64,000 bases of DNA from the human T2T-CHM13v2.0 reference genome, Homo sapiens. The stretch lies in assembly GCF_009914755.1 (NCBI RefSeq), contig NC_060930.1; one strand, written 5' to 3'. The translations under genes and the position numbers were made by a program. Within the stretch, counting starts at the first letter, position 1, and every line of letters begins with the position of its first letter. The notes beneath the pieces are model-generated. The model was not told where the DNA came from, searched no databases, and saw only the letters and a program-made list of their open reading frames with translations. Shown here one piece after another: positions 14,867-29,929 of this stretch.

Positions 14867-16360
14867 TAAAACTATGTCAAACATTTTATTTGGTGTTTCA
14901 TGCTATGTTGATTTAAACAAATTAAACAAGTTTGTTGAACAGCTTTCTTTTCTAATATAATGACTATGTGTACATGGACAACTGAAAACAGGGAAAACCC
15001 CCAAATTAATGTTTTCACAAATTACAAGCCATTACTAAAGACCATATGCCTGGATTAAAAAAAATAGTCCAATAGATGAAGTCTCTCATTCAACCTAGCA
15101 GTTCAACCAATTTCTCTTTTAATAAAAGCTGCACATTACAGTGGTATAAATTTATCTTTTAAACACTCCACATAAAAACATGTGCACCCTCTCCTTCTAC
15201 ATTTAATCATTAGTAGTCTCTAAAATGGTAAAATAAAACTGAATTTATATTAGCAAATGAAAGTGCAAGTTTGTACAGCTAGGCTCAGCAGCAAAAGTGA
15301 AGAATAAGAATGAAAGGTGAAAAGCTGACAGATGCCACGCAGAGCAAGGACTTCCATGAAGGTCCGTGTCCTGTGTGCCAAACACAGTCAACATTCCATC
15401 ATTTTCTCATTGCTCTTAAACGAGCAAAACCAAATTCTTTTTCTATTTAAAGAAATATTAAATCTTTATTTTCCCCAACATAATTTGTGATCAGGTAAGG
15501 CAAAGATAAGTCCACCATCACTGGGGACAGCAGCAACATACAGACTTCAGAAATAGCCCTGAATCATCAGTAACATTCTATCGTGGTAACATCAGAAGGA
15601 ATGCAGCTAACAAATTAAATTTGTAATGTTGTCACATTATTCTAATTTATTTGATTAGTTTATCTGGAAAAACTTTATAAATACATTATGTAAGAGGGCA
15701 GTAAATTATTTTCTTGCTTTGAAAAAATAATGTTTTTTCACATTTTAAAACATTTTAGTCTGCTTTTGCAAAAGGAGTTGCAAGAAAAATGTGACAGCTG
15801 GGTTTGCAGAATGTCCATGTACAAGCTGTATTTATAAGAACCTGGTAATCTGCCTATAATTTGCTTCTACAAATAGAGCTCTTTGCAATAATATTTTAAA
15901 AAAACAGGCTTAAACTCTTCTCCTATTCATTCTACTTGTAGAACAAAGAGGTACTTATTTTTCAAGTATTATAAAAGGTAAAAAATTTTTTTTGCCAATT
16001 TTACATGTTAAGCTTTTAAGACCAAAAAAATCATGCCTAGTCAGCCCATTTCTTTTATAACCAAATTCTCTTGTCTTTTAAAGAATGCAGAAAAATATTG
16101 ATTGCTAAGAAGGAGCACACTGGAAAAAGCCATTTTAAAGTATTGAAGAATGAGACGTATTTCTTTTTTCCTATTGATGAAAATTATTAGAAAAGCTATC
16201 CAGTCTGTTGTCTTTAGCTAGTTTTAATAAATCTTTTCAAAATGATGGTCAAGAACTCTAGAAAACGGGTGGAGGGGATGCTCCTTTATAGCAGGAAAGG
16301 AATTCCATTAATTGTAGAAATTCTCATTAAATTTCAGCTTTGGTTCTTCAGAAGAAACAC
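14867..16360 (-). other. MAP7: MAP7 3' UTR (3' end approximate)
   Basis: Repeat-free, AU-rich sequence running from the stop codon to an AATAAA at 14885-14890. Confidence 0.8.
14885..14890 (-). terminator. Polyadenylation signal AATAAA (likely main MAP7 PAS)
   Basis: Plus-strand tttatt with T-rich sequence downstream on the minus strand; additional AATAAA hexamers at 15465-15470 and 15646-15651. Confidence 0.75.
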
Positions 16361-16371
16361 TCATATAACTT
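16361..16371 (-). CDS. MAP7: MAP7 last exon, coding part (EVI-stop)
   Basis: tgtag|AAGTTATATGA completes ...TAEVI*; in-window exon lengths sum to 2006 nt, in frame. Confidence 0.95.
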
Positions 16372-17988
16372 CTACATGAAGAGACAGAAAAAGAACAAGA
16401 TTAATATGACATTTATCTAAAATCTTATTTCAAGAATACCATAGTAATACCTTAAATTTCTAAAACTTACTATACTGTTATATACACTTATATAAGAATA
16501 GGCAATTCTGTTAGGATTCACAGTCTTATATTTAAGTGAATTCTGTTACTCATAGGAAACATATGTTCTTTTCTTTACATCAGCTTAGGCCACAGCCTTC
16601 ATTTTTCCAAGTGGCATACACAGATTGTACTTTTCTCGGTTAGGGGTTTAAACATTCATTTCTCTTGTATCCTCAGTATCTGATGCTTAGGGTTCTAAAC
16701 ATATGTTGGAGGTTAAATAAATGTTGATAAATCATCTGGAAGTTCTTTCCCTTCCTGTAAATCTGTAACATGAGTAGGAAGCTGCACTGGGCATGTTTCC
16801 ATCAACATACCATTAGTCGGATTGTTCCCAAAGGCTTAAGAATCAGAAAGTCAGACAGGGGAGGGCCCTTACAACCTCCCTTCAAATCCTAGAAAAGTGG
16901 AGTTCACTAAAGTGAGGTTCCACTTCCAAGGTCAGTACACTAGAGGAGAAAAGAAGAGTAGCTTCATTTGGATGGGTGGCTCACATTGGTTATCACACCG
17001 AATTAAAAGTTGATTTATTACAGATTCACTGATTGAATCTAGAAGGCAAAACAATTTGCCCACAAATAATTCTGTATTGTCTCCATTTAGTTATCCTGAA
17101 TTTGGCCAGTTCTTTTTGTAGAAATATAAAGAGATGCTGGTCAATACATGACAGTCATCTTCAGGGAAGAGAAGTCAACAAAATTGAAACAGGTTTGAAG
17201 AGACAGGGAGCACAGATTATCTTGCTAATTCCTGAGACTGATGGGATTGCGTTGCTGAGCTGCTATGACCACTGAGTTAGTAATATTTGATATTATGTCT
17301 TCTTTCTTTGGGTCCTGATTGTTCTTTTTGCACAAAGACTTCAGGTCAAGTGTGGGTCAAAGAGACATTGTATAAGAAAGTCACAGGCAGTTTCAACAGC
17401 AACAAAATCATTTAACAAGTTAAGATCTTTAGACTCAGTGTGAGTACTGGTTTCATCACCTAAATCGTAACTATCCATCATGTCACATTTTGAAAGGACA
17501 ATAATTTATTACCCAGGTTGCCAAACCCAAATAAGAGAAAAATGGTGGGAGAACATGATGGCAGTCTTCAAATACATGAAGACCTCAGAAAGATGGAAAA
17601 AACTCAGATCTTTCTCTAGTGGGCAGCACTAGGCCGGATGGTCCAAAATTATGGGGAGACAGCCCTGTCTTTCTACAAAGCATATTCTGAGCATGCATGA
17701 TGTCGGGTAATGGGTGCTGCTCTGTGCAGAGAGGCTGACAGACACCCACTGGGTGCTGCGGACTGGACTTCTGCACTGACTGAGAGAATAGGAGAGGCCT
17801 TAGAAGTTGTCCAATCCAACTCAAAATTCAATTTCTATGAGCCAGGCACAATCTCTTCCACTGTGGCTTACTTGGTCCTTTGAAGAACAAAGTGTTACCA
17901 CAATCATACTGTAGAAGGCAGCAGTTCGTGTCCTCCTGGGTGTCAGATATTTCTGATGACTACAGAAGGGAGTTGGAGGCAAGCTTAC

Positions 17989-18212
17989 CTGCAGTCTGCT
18001 GTGTCTGAACACCATCTACCTGAGGCAGGGGCCCAAGTGTCCCTTCATCATCAAAGGCCAAAATTGGATTCAAAGGAATTTCTGGGCTCTCACTGTTGGT
18101 GACATCTAATCTGGATGGTTTAGATCCAATGGGTAAGTTTATAATTTCTTCAAAATTTTCATTCTGAACAGATACACCATTTTCATTTGGTTGTTTTTCC
18201 AAATCGGGAGTG
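17989..18212 (-). CDS. MAP7: MAP7 exon 17 (224 nt)
   Basis: ttag|CACTC ... GCAG|gtaag; TPDLEKQPNENGVSVQNENFEEIINLPIGSKPSRLDV...GVQTQQTA. Confidence 0.97.
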
Positions 18213-18413
18213 CTAAGGAATTTGAAAAATAAAAATAGAAATAAGTTAGTCTTAAAACTGGAAAACACATTATTAGGAAAACCAAAATGTTTTATAATGA
18301 ATAATTTTATAAATCTACAATTAAAAAAATCAGACTGGTGAGTCACATCATTACTAACAAAAATAATAAATTGTGGTGTATTTGTACCTTAAATTCTTAT
18401 TTTAAAAAATCTA

Positions 18414-18712
18414 GGTCAGGCACAGTGGCTCATGCCTGTAATCCTAGCGCTTTGGGAGGCCGAGATGGGAGGACTGCTCAAGGCCAGGAGTTCAAGACTA
18501 GCCTGGTAAACATAGCAAGACCCCCGTCTCTACAAAAGAAAAAAATTAGCTGTGTGTGGTGGCACGCACCAGTAGTCCAAGCTACTCTGGCAGTCGAGGT
18601 GGGAGGATCACTTGAGCTCAGGAGTTTGAGGCTTCAGTGAGCTATGATGGCACCACTGCATTCCAGCCTGGGCTATGGAGTAAGACCCTGTCTCTAAACA
18701 ACAACAAAAAAA
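18414..18712 (+). mobile_element. AluJ
   Basis: Alu consensus. Confidence 0.88.
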
Positions 18713-19544
18713 TTTTAAATCTGTCATTTTGTTATGAAAATTATCAAATAGAACAATTTATCAATTACAACAGATCATCATTAATAGAAATAAATCATCA
18801 GCAGCAGCAGTTCTACACATTTAATGATTTCTGCTGCAGGCATTTTTATATTCATCTGATAAAGAGTACCACTTATGAGGACCTTTGCCTCAAAGATGAG
18901 GGGATTATAATTTGGAGGGGGGAGTAAATGATTTGCACAAAGTCACACAACTACTGAGAGATAGTTGAGGCTAAATGCACGATCTCTTAATCTCTGGTCC
19001 TGTGTTTTTCTCATTAAGCCATTTCGCACACTTTCTAGATATTCCAGCCTCCTAAAGCCCTTGCATAATTTCATATGTAAATTTTTGAAGACCGATCTTC
19101 TTATCTTTGCCCCTTAAATCTGCCTCTGACCTCATCTTGATCCTTATGAATTCATGCTTAATATCTTGGATTTATTTTTGAGATATACTTAATTGGCCCC
19201 AAATACTTAATCTTCTATGGTTTGTCTTAGATTACCACTCTCTGTTATAGGCTTATTATTATGCTTTACAATGTAGCCAAATAATGCCTATGCATCAAAT
19301 GAGTGCTAAACTAATTTTACCATTCATTTTATTTCATTGCAGCATATACATATGTGTGCAAGCTTCAAAACTTGTTCAATGCTCAACAAATTAACCTTAG
19401 TCTCAGTAATACCAACTGCTTGAACATTGTTAGCAAGTCAGTTTGTCTTCTCAAATTGTAAAACAATGCTAATGTAAATCCAACCTTTCTATTGCTTTTT
19501 AACACTTTGCTTTTTTTTTGCCTGATTGAATAAATAGTTTACTT

Positions 19545-19840
<296 letters not shown>

Positions 19841-21476
19841 AAAATAGTTTACTTTCTCTACTGAGTGAGAAGTATTGACTTTGGAACACATACTAAAGCA
19901 TTTCTGATTTGAATATTTGTGTATTTTTAAAATTATTAAACCTTCCTTTTTTACGGAAAAAATGAAGATGCCTGTCCTAAGTGTCTCACAAGGCATTGCA
20001 GAATACACTGAAAACATTATTTGTAAAATAATCTGAAATATTATACAGTGTGATGATGCTTTTCTGCTATTTTACTAAGAAGGGAAGGGAATGCCACTAG
20101 GCATTATAAGTCTCCACAAGAGTACAGTCACACACATGTGCACATGCCCCCCCCCCCAAGTCACGTGTGCACACACATGCCTAACATCTACTGTTCTAAG
20201 TGCCTGGGCTGCCACACCCATCTTCCTGTTCTTGCCTAACACCAACAGCCTTTCTGTAACTAGGGAAACAATTTTGGTTCTTAATACAGAGAGAATTTAA
20301 GTAGAAGTCCTGGCAAAGGATAAAGAACAGGAACGTATCTCCAGAGCCCCCTTTCCTTGGCAACCTTAACCTGTCACCTTCCAGGCCTGCATGTACTAAC
20401 AAGTCATAATGGCAATGGCTAACCCCAGACTTGAGCCAGTATCAGATTTCATTTCCCCTCCACCTGCCCATTCTACCTGCTGGCAATCAGAGGGATAATT
20501 GTGCCATATGCATTGGATGACAAGTCATGAAATGTTCAGGGGACATCGGGACTGGTAGAAACTATAAAACTGAAACTGAAGTACTGGGGTTAAGGAGTAT
20601 GGATCCGTGTGTCCACTCAGAATAAGAGCACCAGCTTCTGAATTCCCTGCCTTCAGTTACCTTCTGAAGTTTGAAGACTGATGTAAGACTTTTGAAGACC
20701 GCACGCTTTGCTCCAGTCCAAAATGTGTACAGGCAGGGGTTGGGACCTTGGCAAGAATCTGCAGTCCACACAGCTTATGGAAGCCAGAACCTTATTTTCT
20801 CTTGATATTTATTAATTATGTTAAAACAAGTAACTTTTAAATTAAAAGGGATACATCTCTTCCTGTGTGAACAATAGGGGCCTGGGAATGTTACTTTTCC
20901 TTCAGGCCAAACTAAGAGCAATGATGAACTCAAGATTTGGAGGGAAAATGAATGGGTCAAACACCAAAATTACCAAAAACTTCTTATTTAAAAAAAAAGA
21001 CGAACATTCTACGAAAAGACAGCTCCCCTACGGCAATGAACAAACATGAAATGTCTTCTGGAGTATTAGGAGGGTAAGGCAGTATCTGTATAGGCAGCAG
21101 AGCTTCTTAGCCTCTGGACTAGAGATTCTCAGCTAGGGGTAGAAGAACATCTCAGAATGACCTGAGAAACTGCAGATAACTTCCTCTGTTCCCATTCTGA
21201 TATTCACCCCTGTCCTCCCCGACTTGTATTCATATGGATCCGTATCCTTTGTTTCCTGTTCCAAAGCAAGTTTCCTATCCATGGACAAATATTTTCCTCA
21301 ATTCCTGTGGAACATCCCTCCACAAGTACTCTCTCTTAAGAACCAAACATGGCTTTTGAGTAAGAATGATCAGCTCAAGGGCATATATAATATTCATATA
21401 TTTCATAAAGATATATTTCAAGTATTTTATAAACGTCGTATATCTTACATAGGAAAATGTATATATTCATTTATAA

Positions 21477-21805
<329 letters not shown>

Positions 21806-22698
21806 ATATTCACATATTTCTGTATACCTTTAAAATCTGGCCAGAATTGTGATAACTCAAACCCTCTTCCATTCTAACTAATGTCAGTGGGGAACCTGTC
21901 AGGGGGAAAAGAGATGGGCAAGAAAAATGGCTTTGGGGCAAAGGGGCCAGGCGTCTCACTCAGGAGTAAGGTGAGGAGTAGGGTTCAGGATACTTCTGGT
22001 ACAGAGTTGTTCTATAACAAAGGGTCTCAGTCCTAGCTGCTAGGAAAAGTAATGTTAGGGGGTCGCCATCCTCCTGGGGTGCTGCTAGACAGTTTGCTGA
22101 AATATCTCAAGGTGGGGAGGAGCAAATGTAATTTAGTTCACAGCATTCATTTATTTACGAATATATTAGGTACTAAAGACATTAGGAAAAGTGATACTTC
22201 TCTCTCAATTTGAATGAAAAGATAGTCATTCTGAGCAGTGGAGTTTTCTAGCAAAAATAAATTCTACCACTATACTTGCATGATCTGTCATGATGGATTT
22301 TCATGGAGTATCAGGCACACCATGTTCTTTGGCAGGGACCCCGAGCATTTCCATTAATCAGTGATTTAATTCACAGTGGGCAAGCTGGAGGGATCTATAA
22401 CTCTACTTGAGGTGCAAAGTAGGGTATTTAATAAAGATACTGACTGATCACAAGGATCATGGAATGCCTCACTAAAAATAATGCACTGAGATGAAAACCA
22501 AAGATTTTATAAGCATTTTAAGGTTGATTTGAAACTAGGAGTGAAAGGAAATATTTATGGATGTGATTTGTCATTTAAAGTTTTTAACAGAATTTCAGAT
22601 GTAAAACTGTTTAAAAACCTGAGTTTCCACTGCATCAAAGGGAATGTTTATTCATGAATGGGAAGCTGTTTTGGGGATGGATTTTAAAGACAAGAATA

Positions 22699-23018
22699 GG
22701 CTGGGCGTGGTGACTCACGCCTGTAATCCCAACACTTCAGGAGGCCAAGGTGGGATGACTGCTTAAGGCCAGAGGCCAAGAGTTTGAGACTAGCCTGGGC
22801 AACACAGGGAGACCTAATCTCTATAAAAATATATATGTTTTAAATTAGCTGGGTGTGGTGGCTCGCACCTGTAGTCCCAGCTACTCAGGAGGCTGGGGTG
22901 GGAGGATCATTTGAGCCAGGAGGTAGAGGCTGCAGTGAGCCATGCTCGTACCACTGCACTCCAGGCTTGGTGACAGAGCAAGACTCTGTTTTATAAAATA
23001 AAAATAAAACAAAATAAA
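22699..23018 (+). mobile_element. AluJ
   Basis: Alu consensus; TSD-like aagaca(a/g)gaata. Confidence 0.88.
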
Positions 23019-23844
23019 GACAGGAATAAGCAAGCCCTTCTCTAGATGGAAGAGTTTAAGTGGCAGAGAGCCCCAGGGATCAGTGCTAGGTTTAGTTTTA
23101 TAATAATCGGAAGACAAGCAGGATAAAATTTAAGTATGCAGATAATGTTTATTCTTGGAAATGCAAGTCATAAAAATAGCCCCTCGAGAAAACAGGGAAA
23201 ATCATGAAATGAGTGACAAGGCAGGCAGTCTGTAAAAGCAGTGGGTTTAGAAAACTGTCAGCTGAGCTATCCTTAAAAGACAGTGAATGATCAGTCACAA
23301 TGGAGGTTAAGACATCTTGGGATCACTGCAAACTGTTCCTTGGTGATACTGACTCCTTGTGTTTTGATGGTAAAAAAAAAAAACAAAACGAAAAAACAAA
23401 AAAAAGCCAATAAAATGCTAGGCAGGAGAAGATGGGATACCAGGAACAAACCAAAAGCATTATTTTACATCACACTGCAGCTACACCTAGTGTACTGTGT
23501 GTTTTCTGGACACTGCATTCATTTTAGGAGGATAAAGATAATGATATGTAACATTCATATAGTACAACAGTTTTTGGAACTCCTTCACAGATAGCATTTC
23601 ACTGAACCTCCCAATACTTTGTGTGGAAAGTATCTCCATGTCCAGATGAGAAAACTAAGGTTTAATTAAGTAGGTTAACCCCACAGTTGCTGAACTTCTC
23701 AAAGGTAAAACTAGGGATCCAGCCTGGAACTTTTGGTTCTGAAGCTCTTTTTCCTCAACCCCATATTCATGCTGAAGAATCTCTGAAGAAATATGAATAA
23801 AATATTCAAACAGCTGAAGGAGTCTTTTAGAGATAAGGTAAATA

Positions 23845-24818
<974 letters not shown>

Positions 24819-25639
24819 GTAAACATAATAGGAGGATTCAGCTTATAAAATAAGTGTAGACAGGGAATAGAAATAAGACCCATAAAACTATGAAGGGTAT
24901 GGAAACTACAAACAATGACATTCTCTAAAACCTAGTTTATGATAACTATGGGTCCTAACCTTGAAACTGCAAAGAGCAGCTATAAGATAAATAAAAGTAC
25001 TTCTTTATGCCCTTCTTTTCTTGTACTTGTTGCTATAAGAGGTAATACAAGGCAAAAATACAGATTGTTTCAAGATCGATCTGGATGAATTCAAGGATGA
25101 CAAATTTCAAAATAATTAAGGGAAGCAGAATTTCTTAGGCTACATATCACAAACTGTGTGTCATATAATGGGGACCAAACTTAACATCACATTAAACATT
25201 TCCTACAGGTCAGTGTCATTCAGAAATGCACTGTTTCTCAAACTGGGGTCCTGTTCTTTACATGATTTTTAAAAATTTATGTTTTCACCCAGGTAACTTA
25301 AAAAAATAATGTACAGTCTGATCATCTGTCTGACTGATTATCACAAAGCTGAGTTTTGCTACATAATTTCAGTGCTCCATTTTCAGGTGTATTTCAAAGC
25401 ATACTGATATCAGGTAGCACCAGCTTATTTGACAAGGGCTAATGACATGAACCAGCTGAACTGCTAAATAAATATGCTAGTGCCATGTAAAAGCCAAGTA
25501 TCATCATGGCACTCTGTATTAAAAAGAGGTTAGGGGTTTTAAAGCAGTTCAAACAGAGAGAAGCAGTGAGTGAAATGAATCATGGTTATCCCTAATGCAA
25601 AAGGGATCAATCAGTACCATATGTATATTACCCACTTAA

Positions 25640-26001
<362 letters not shown>

Positions 26002-26237
26002 TGAGGGGCAAAAGCATTTAGGTGGCTACTGCAAACATCCAGGGACTTGGTCAGTGGGGGTGCCCTAGAAATGGAAATCAAGGGATAGAAGGGTAACACT
26101 GTGGGGGAAGGTTGAAAGTAGTTTTATTATTTATGTAAATTTGTGATCTGCTGTTTTGGCTTTATAAATGAACAAGGGCTATAGAAATTTTAAACCTAAA
26201 TTTATATTTGTAAAAATAATACAAGTAACTCTGGGAA

Positions 26238-26646
26238 TCTACTATATATATATATATATTATATATATATAAAATATATACATCTACTATATATAAAAAT
26301 ATGTATCTACTATATATAAAAATATATATATCTACTATATATAAATTTCCTTTATATAAATTCTTTTAAATTCCTATAAATATATATAAATTTCCTTTAA
26401 AGGAAATATATATCTACTATATATAAAAATAAATTTCCTTTATATAAATTCCTTTAAATTCCTATAAATATATATTTCCTTTAAAGGAAATATATATATA
26501 GTAGATATATATAAAAATATATATAGTAGATATATATATATAGTAGATATATATAAAAATATATATAGTAGATATATATATATAGTAGATATATATAAAA
26601 ATATATATAGTAGATATATATACATATATATATTTCCTTTAAAGGA
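26238..26646. repeat. AT-rich quasi-palindromic minisatellite
   Basis: tctactatata units on the left, tatatagtaga (reverse complement) units on the right; perfect 30-bp palindrome at 26468-26497. Confidence 0.9.
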
Positions 26647-27066
26647 GAGACACTGGAGTAGATGGCCAATGGATTTCATATTAGGCTTATTCTTATATTC
26701 TGATGTTTATGTCTGATGCTCATCTGGACCTGCCTGTATTGTCAGGTGAAAGTAGAAAAAGGCTATGCTTATGTTTCTTCTAATGGTTTGACAGGGATTA
26801 TCTTACATATATGACAAAGGATAATTTATTTGTTGGGTAAAGATGGATGACACCAGTAAGTTCATTTTGGTTTCATTACAAATTGTTGCTTTTCTGTGTG
26901 TGGAAAAGGCTAAAATATAACAGAATTTTATTATCTGTATCAAATATAGTAAAATTATTTTTCAGGTTCTTATATAATGATTAATTGCTTGGTGATATTA
27001 CTACTGAAGAGAGTCAAATTATGCATAAATTAACTTTATAGATCAGATAACATAATCAGTGGCTTA

Positions 27067-27330
<264 letters not shown>

Positions 27331-27680
27331 GAAACTATGGTAGGCATTGTCTGTTCCCCATAATAATGGGATTCTCTCTGTGGTATCTTTTATTCTTTTT
27401 TTTTTTAAAAAGAAATCTCTGAAGTCAATGAATTGAACATAATAAGTTTTAGGGAATGAATTTAAAAAATCTAATTAAAACTAAGAAAAAAATACCATTT
27501 AATATAGATCTTAGGTAATTACAACAATAAAGTTATTCAACATAATTGGAAATGAATTATTAAGATCTCTCAGGGTATTCTCTTTGGTATTATAGTAGGC
27601 AAAAAATAAATAAATAAAAATTCCACAGTCTCAGAAAGATATCAACACAATAGTAGGGACTTACCTTTTAACTGCTGCCC

Positions 27681-27740
27681 ATTACATTATAAAATGTTAC
27701 ATTACATTATAAAATTACATTATAAAATTACATTATAAAA
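27681..27740. repeat. Short tandem repeat, ~13-bp unit attacattataaa
   Basis: About four copies visible. Confidence 0.85.
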
Positions 27741-28301
27741 TGTAGTGTCTGTGTGTCTGTACTTATCCTGGCCAAAAGCCGAGAAACAATTATGTGTTTT
27801 TAGATTAAGAAAATAATTTGAGGACTTTCAGATGTCTGTTGGTAGCAAAGACTGGCATTAAAGACAGGAAGACTCATACATTAAGTAGATTTCCCAAATT
27901 TAAAAAGTCATAGCTAAATTTTTTTGAACATTATTAAAAATATTTCTGCAAGTTCTCTATGATTGGATTTTTAGGCATAGGCTATGATTACCCTTATTTT
28001 TCGTTTTTGAAAATGTTCATATGATGCTGTTGATATAATTACAAGAAAAGAGAAAGGCAATCTTTCTGAAATCCAGACTGTTTTCTAGGCTGTTGTTAGC
28101 AACTGTCTGGTTCTTCAATAAGAAGCCCTGTTATTAATAATATAAGAAATACTGACATCTACATGACTTTTATATGGAACAAACATGTAAGTCACTGTAA
28201 TATTATGCATGGCTAAAATGCAATTGTTATATACCATTAAAGAATGTGGATATGGTCCATATCAGGCTAAATATACACAAAGAAAACTAACAGATTATCA
28301 C

Positions 28302-28603
28302 TTGTTTTTTGTTTTGTTTTTTGAGACAGGGTCTCACTCTGTCACCCAGGCTGGACTGCAGTGGCAGGAGTTTGGCTCACTGCATCCTTGACCTCCTGGG
28401 CTCATGCAATCTTCCTACCTCAGCCTCCCAAGGTGGGACTACAAGCACACACTATCACGTCTGCTAGTTTTGCTATTTTTTTTTGTAGAGATGGTGCTTT
28501 GCTATGTTGCCCAGGCTGGTCTAGAACTCTCAGCCTTAAGTAATCCTCCCTCCTCAGCCTCCCAAAGTGTTGGGATTACAGGAGTGAGCCCTGCACTTGG
28601 CCA
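28302..28603 (-). mobile_element. AluJ
   Basis: Alu consensus. Confidence 0.85.
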
Positions 28604-28829
28604 CTTGTAATATTCTTGGAACAGTCACACTAAATCCTCACCATTACATTTAATGACTTGAGAAAAAAGATATTTCCACTTTCTTGGAGTACAGAATTAC
28701 TAGCTCAACCAAAAATCAATGAGGCCCCCCCCAAATAATAAATCCTAATGTTAAGACTTTGAAATTCTGGTGGAGCTGGTGGGTAAAAACAGTAATGTTT
28801 TACTTTAATGAATGTCAGTGAAAACTCAC

Positions 28830-28932
28830 CTCTCCACTGTCACTTTTGACTGGTGTGAGGTAACCACATGTGGGCTGCCAACTGGCTTTCCATTTCCCGG
28901 AGCGTTTGTTGTACATGGAAGTGCAGACACCT
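28830..28932 (-). CDS. MAP7: MAP7 exon 16 (103 nt)
   Basis: cccag|AGGTG ... GAGAG|gtgag; EVSALPCTTNAPGNGKPVGSPHVVTSHQSKVTVES. Confidence 0.96.
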
Positions 28933-28994
28933 CTGGGCATAGTAAAGGAGACAGAACACAGGGTTACTAATATTCTTTTCTTAGACCTAACCTC

Positions 28995-29190
28995 CAAGAG
29001 CCAGAATGCCTTGATTTATGTGCTGGTTCTGCTACTTAAGTGATGTGAGACCTTGGGCACATCACCTAAACTCTCTGTGCCTTAGTTTCCTCATTAGTAA
29101 TAGTACCTACTTCATAGATTGTTAGAATTAAATGTATTAATATTAATACATGTAAAGGACTTAGAACAGTGTTTGGCATGTTGGAAGGGC
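28995..29190 (+). mobile_element. MIR
   Basis: tgtgagaccttgggca...ctctctgtgccttagtttcctcat...taaaggacttagaacagtg. Confidence 0.7.
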
Positions 29191-29608
29191 AAAGTATTAT
29201 TATTTTTCCTTGCACTAAAGTTACATGAAGTATATAATATTGAAACCAAAGCAACTGATAAAGATAGCAGTAAGCTGACTTGATCAAGCTGACACTGAAT
29301 ATCTTTACAAAGGATTCAGAGCAAATCACCAAGGAACACCATAAGTATTAAAAATATTTTTGAAAACTCAGTTTAGTCCTATGCACACTTAGAACAATGA
29401 GGATTTCACGAATGGAAAGCAGTGTACTGTACCTCACCATTCCACCTCATTATTCAAAGCTCAATGTTGCAGCCCACTTTAAGCTGACAATATTGATGAC
29501 TGCCTCTAAAATACAGGACAGGGTTACTTATAAACCTTTATACAGGCCGGAGTTTCAGATATATCTGTGGTAGATTATGGTTTCAGCTTGATGTGAGAGA
29601 ATAACTGA

Positions 29609-29929
<321 letters not shown>

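Noticed and set aside
20661-20758. 98-nt AG/GT-bounded segment in intron 16
   Set aside because: Weak acceptor, frameshifting length and no recognisable peptide.
26440-26679. Tyr/Ile-rich repetitive ORFs
   Set aside because: Translation of the AT-rich minisatellite.
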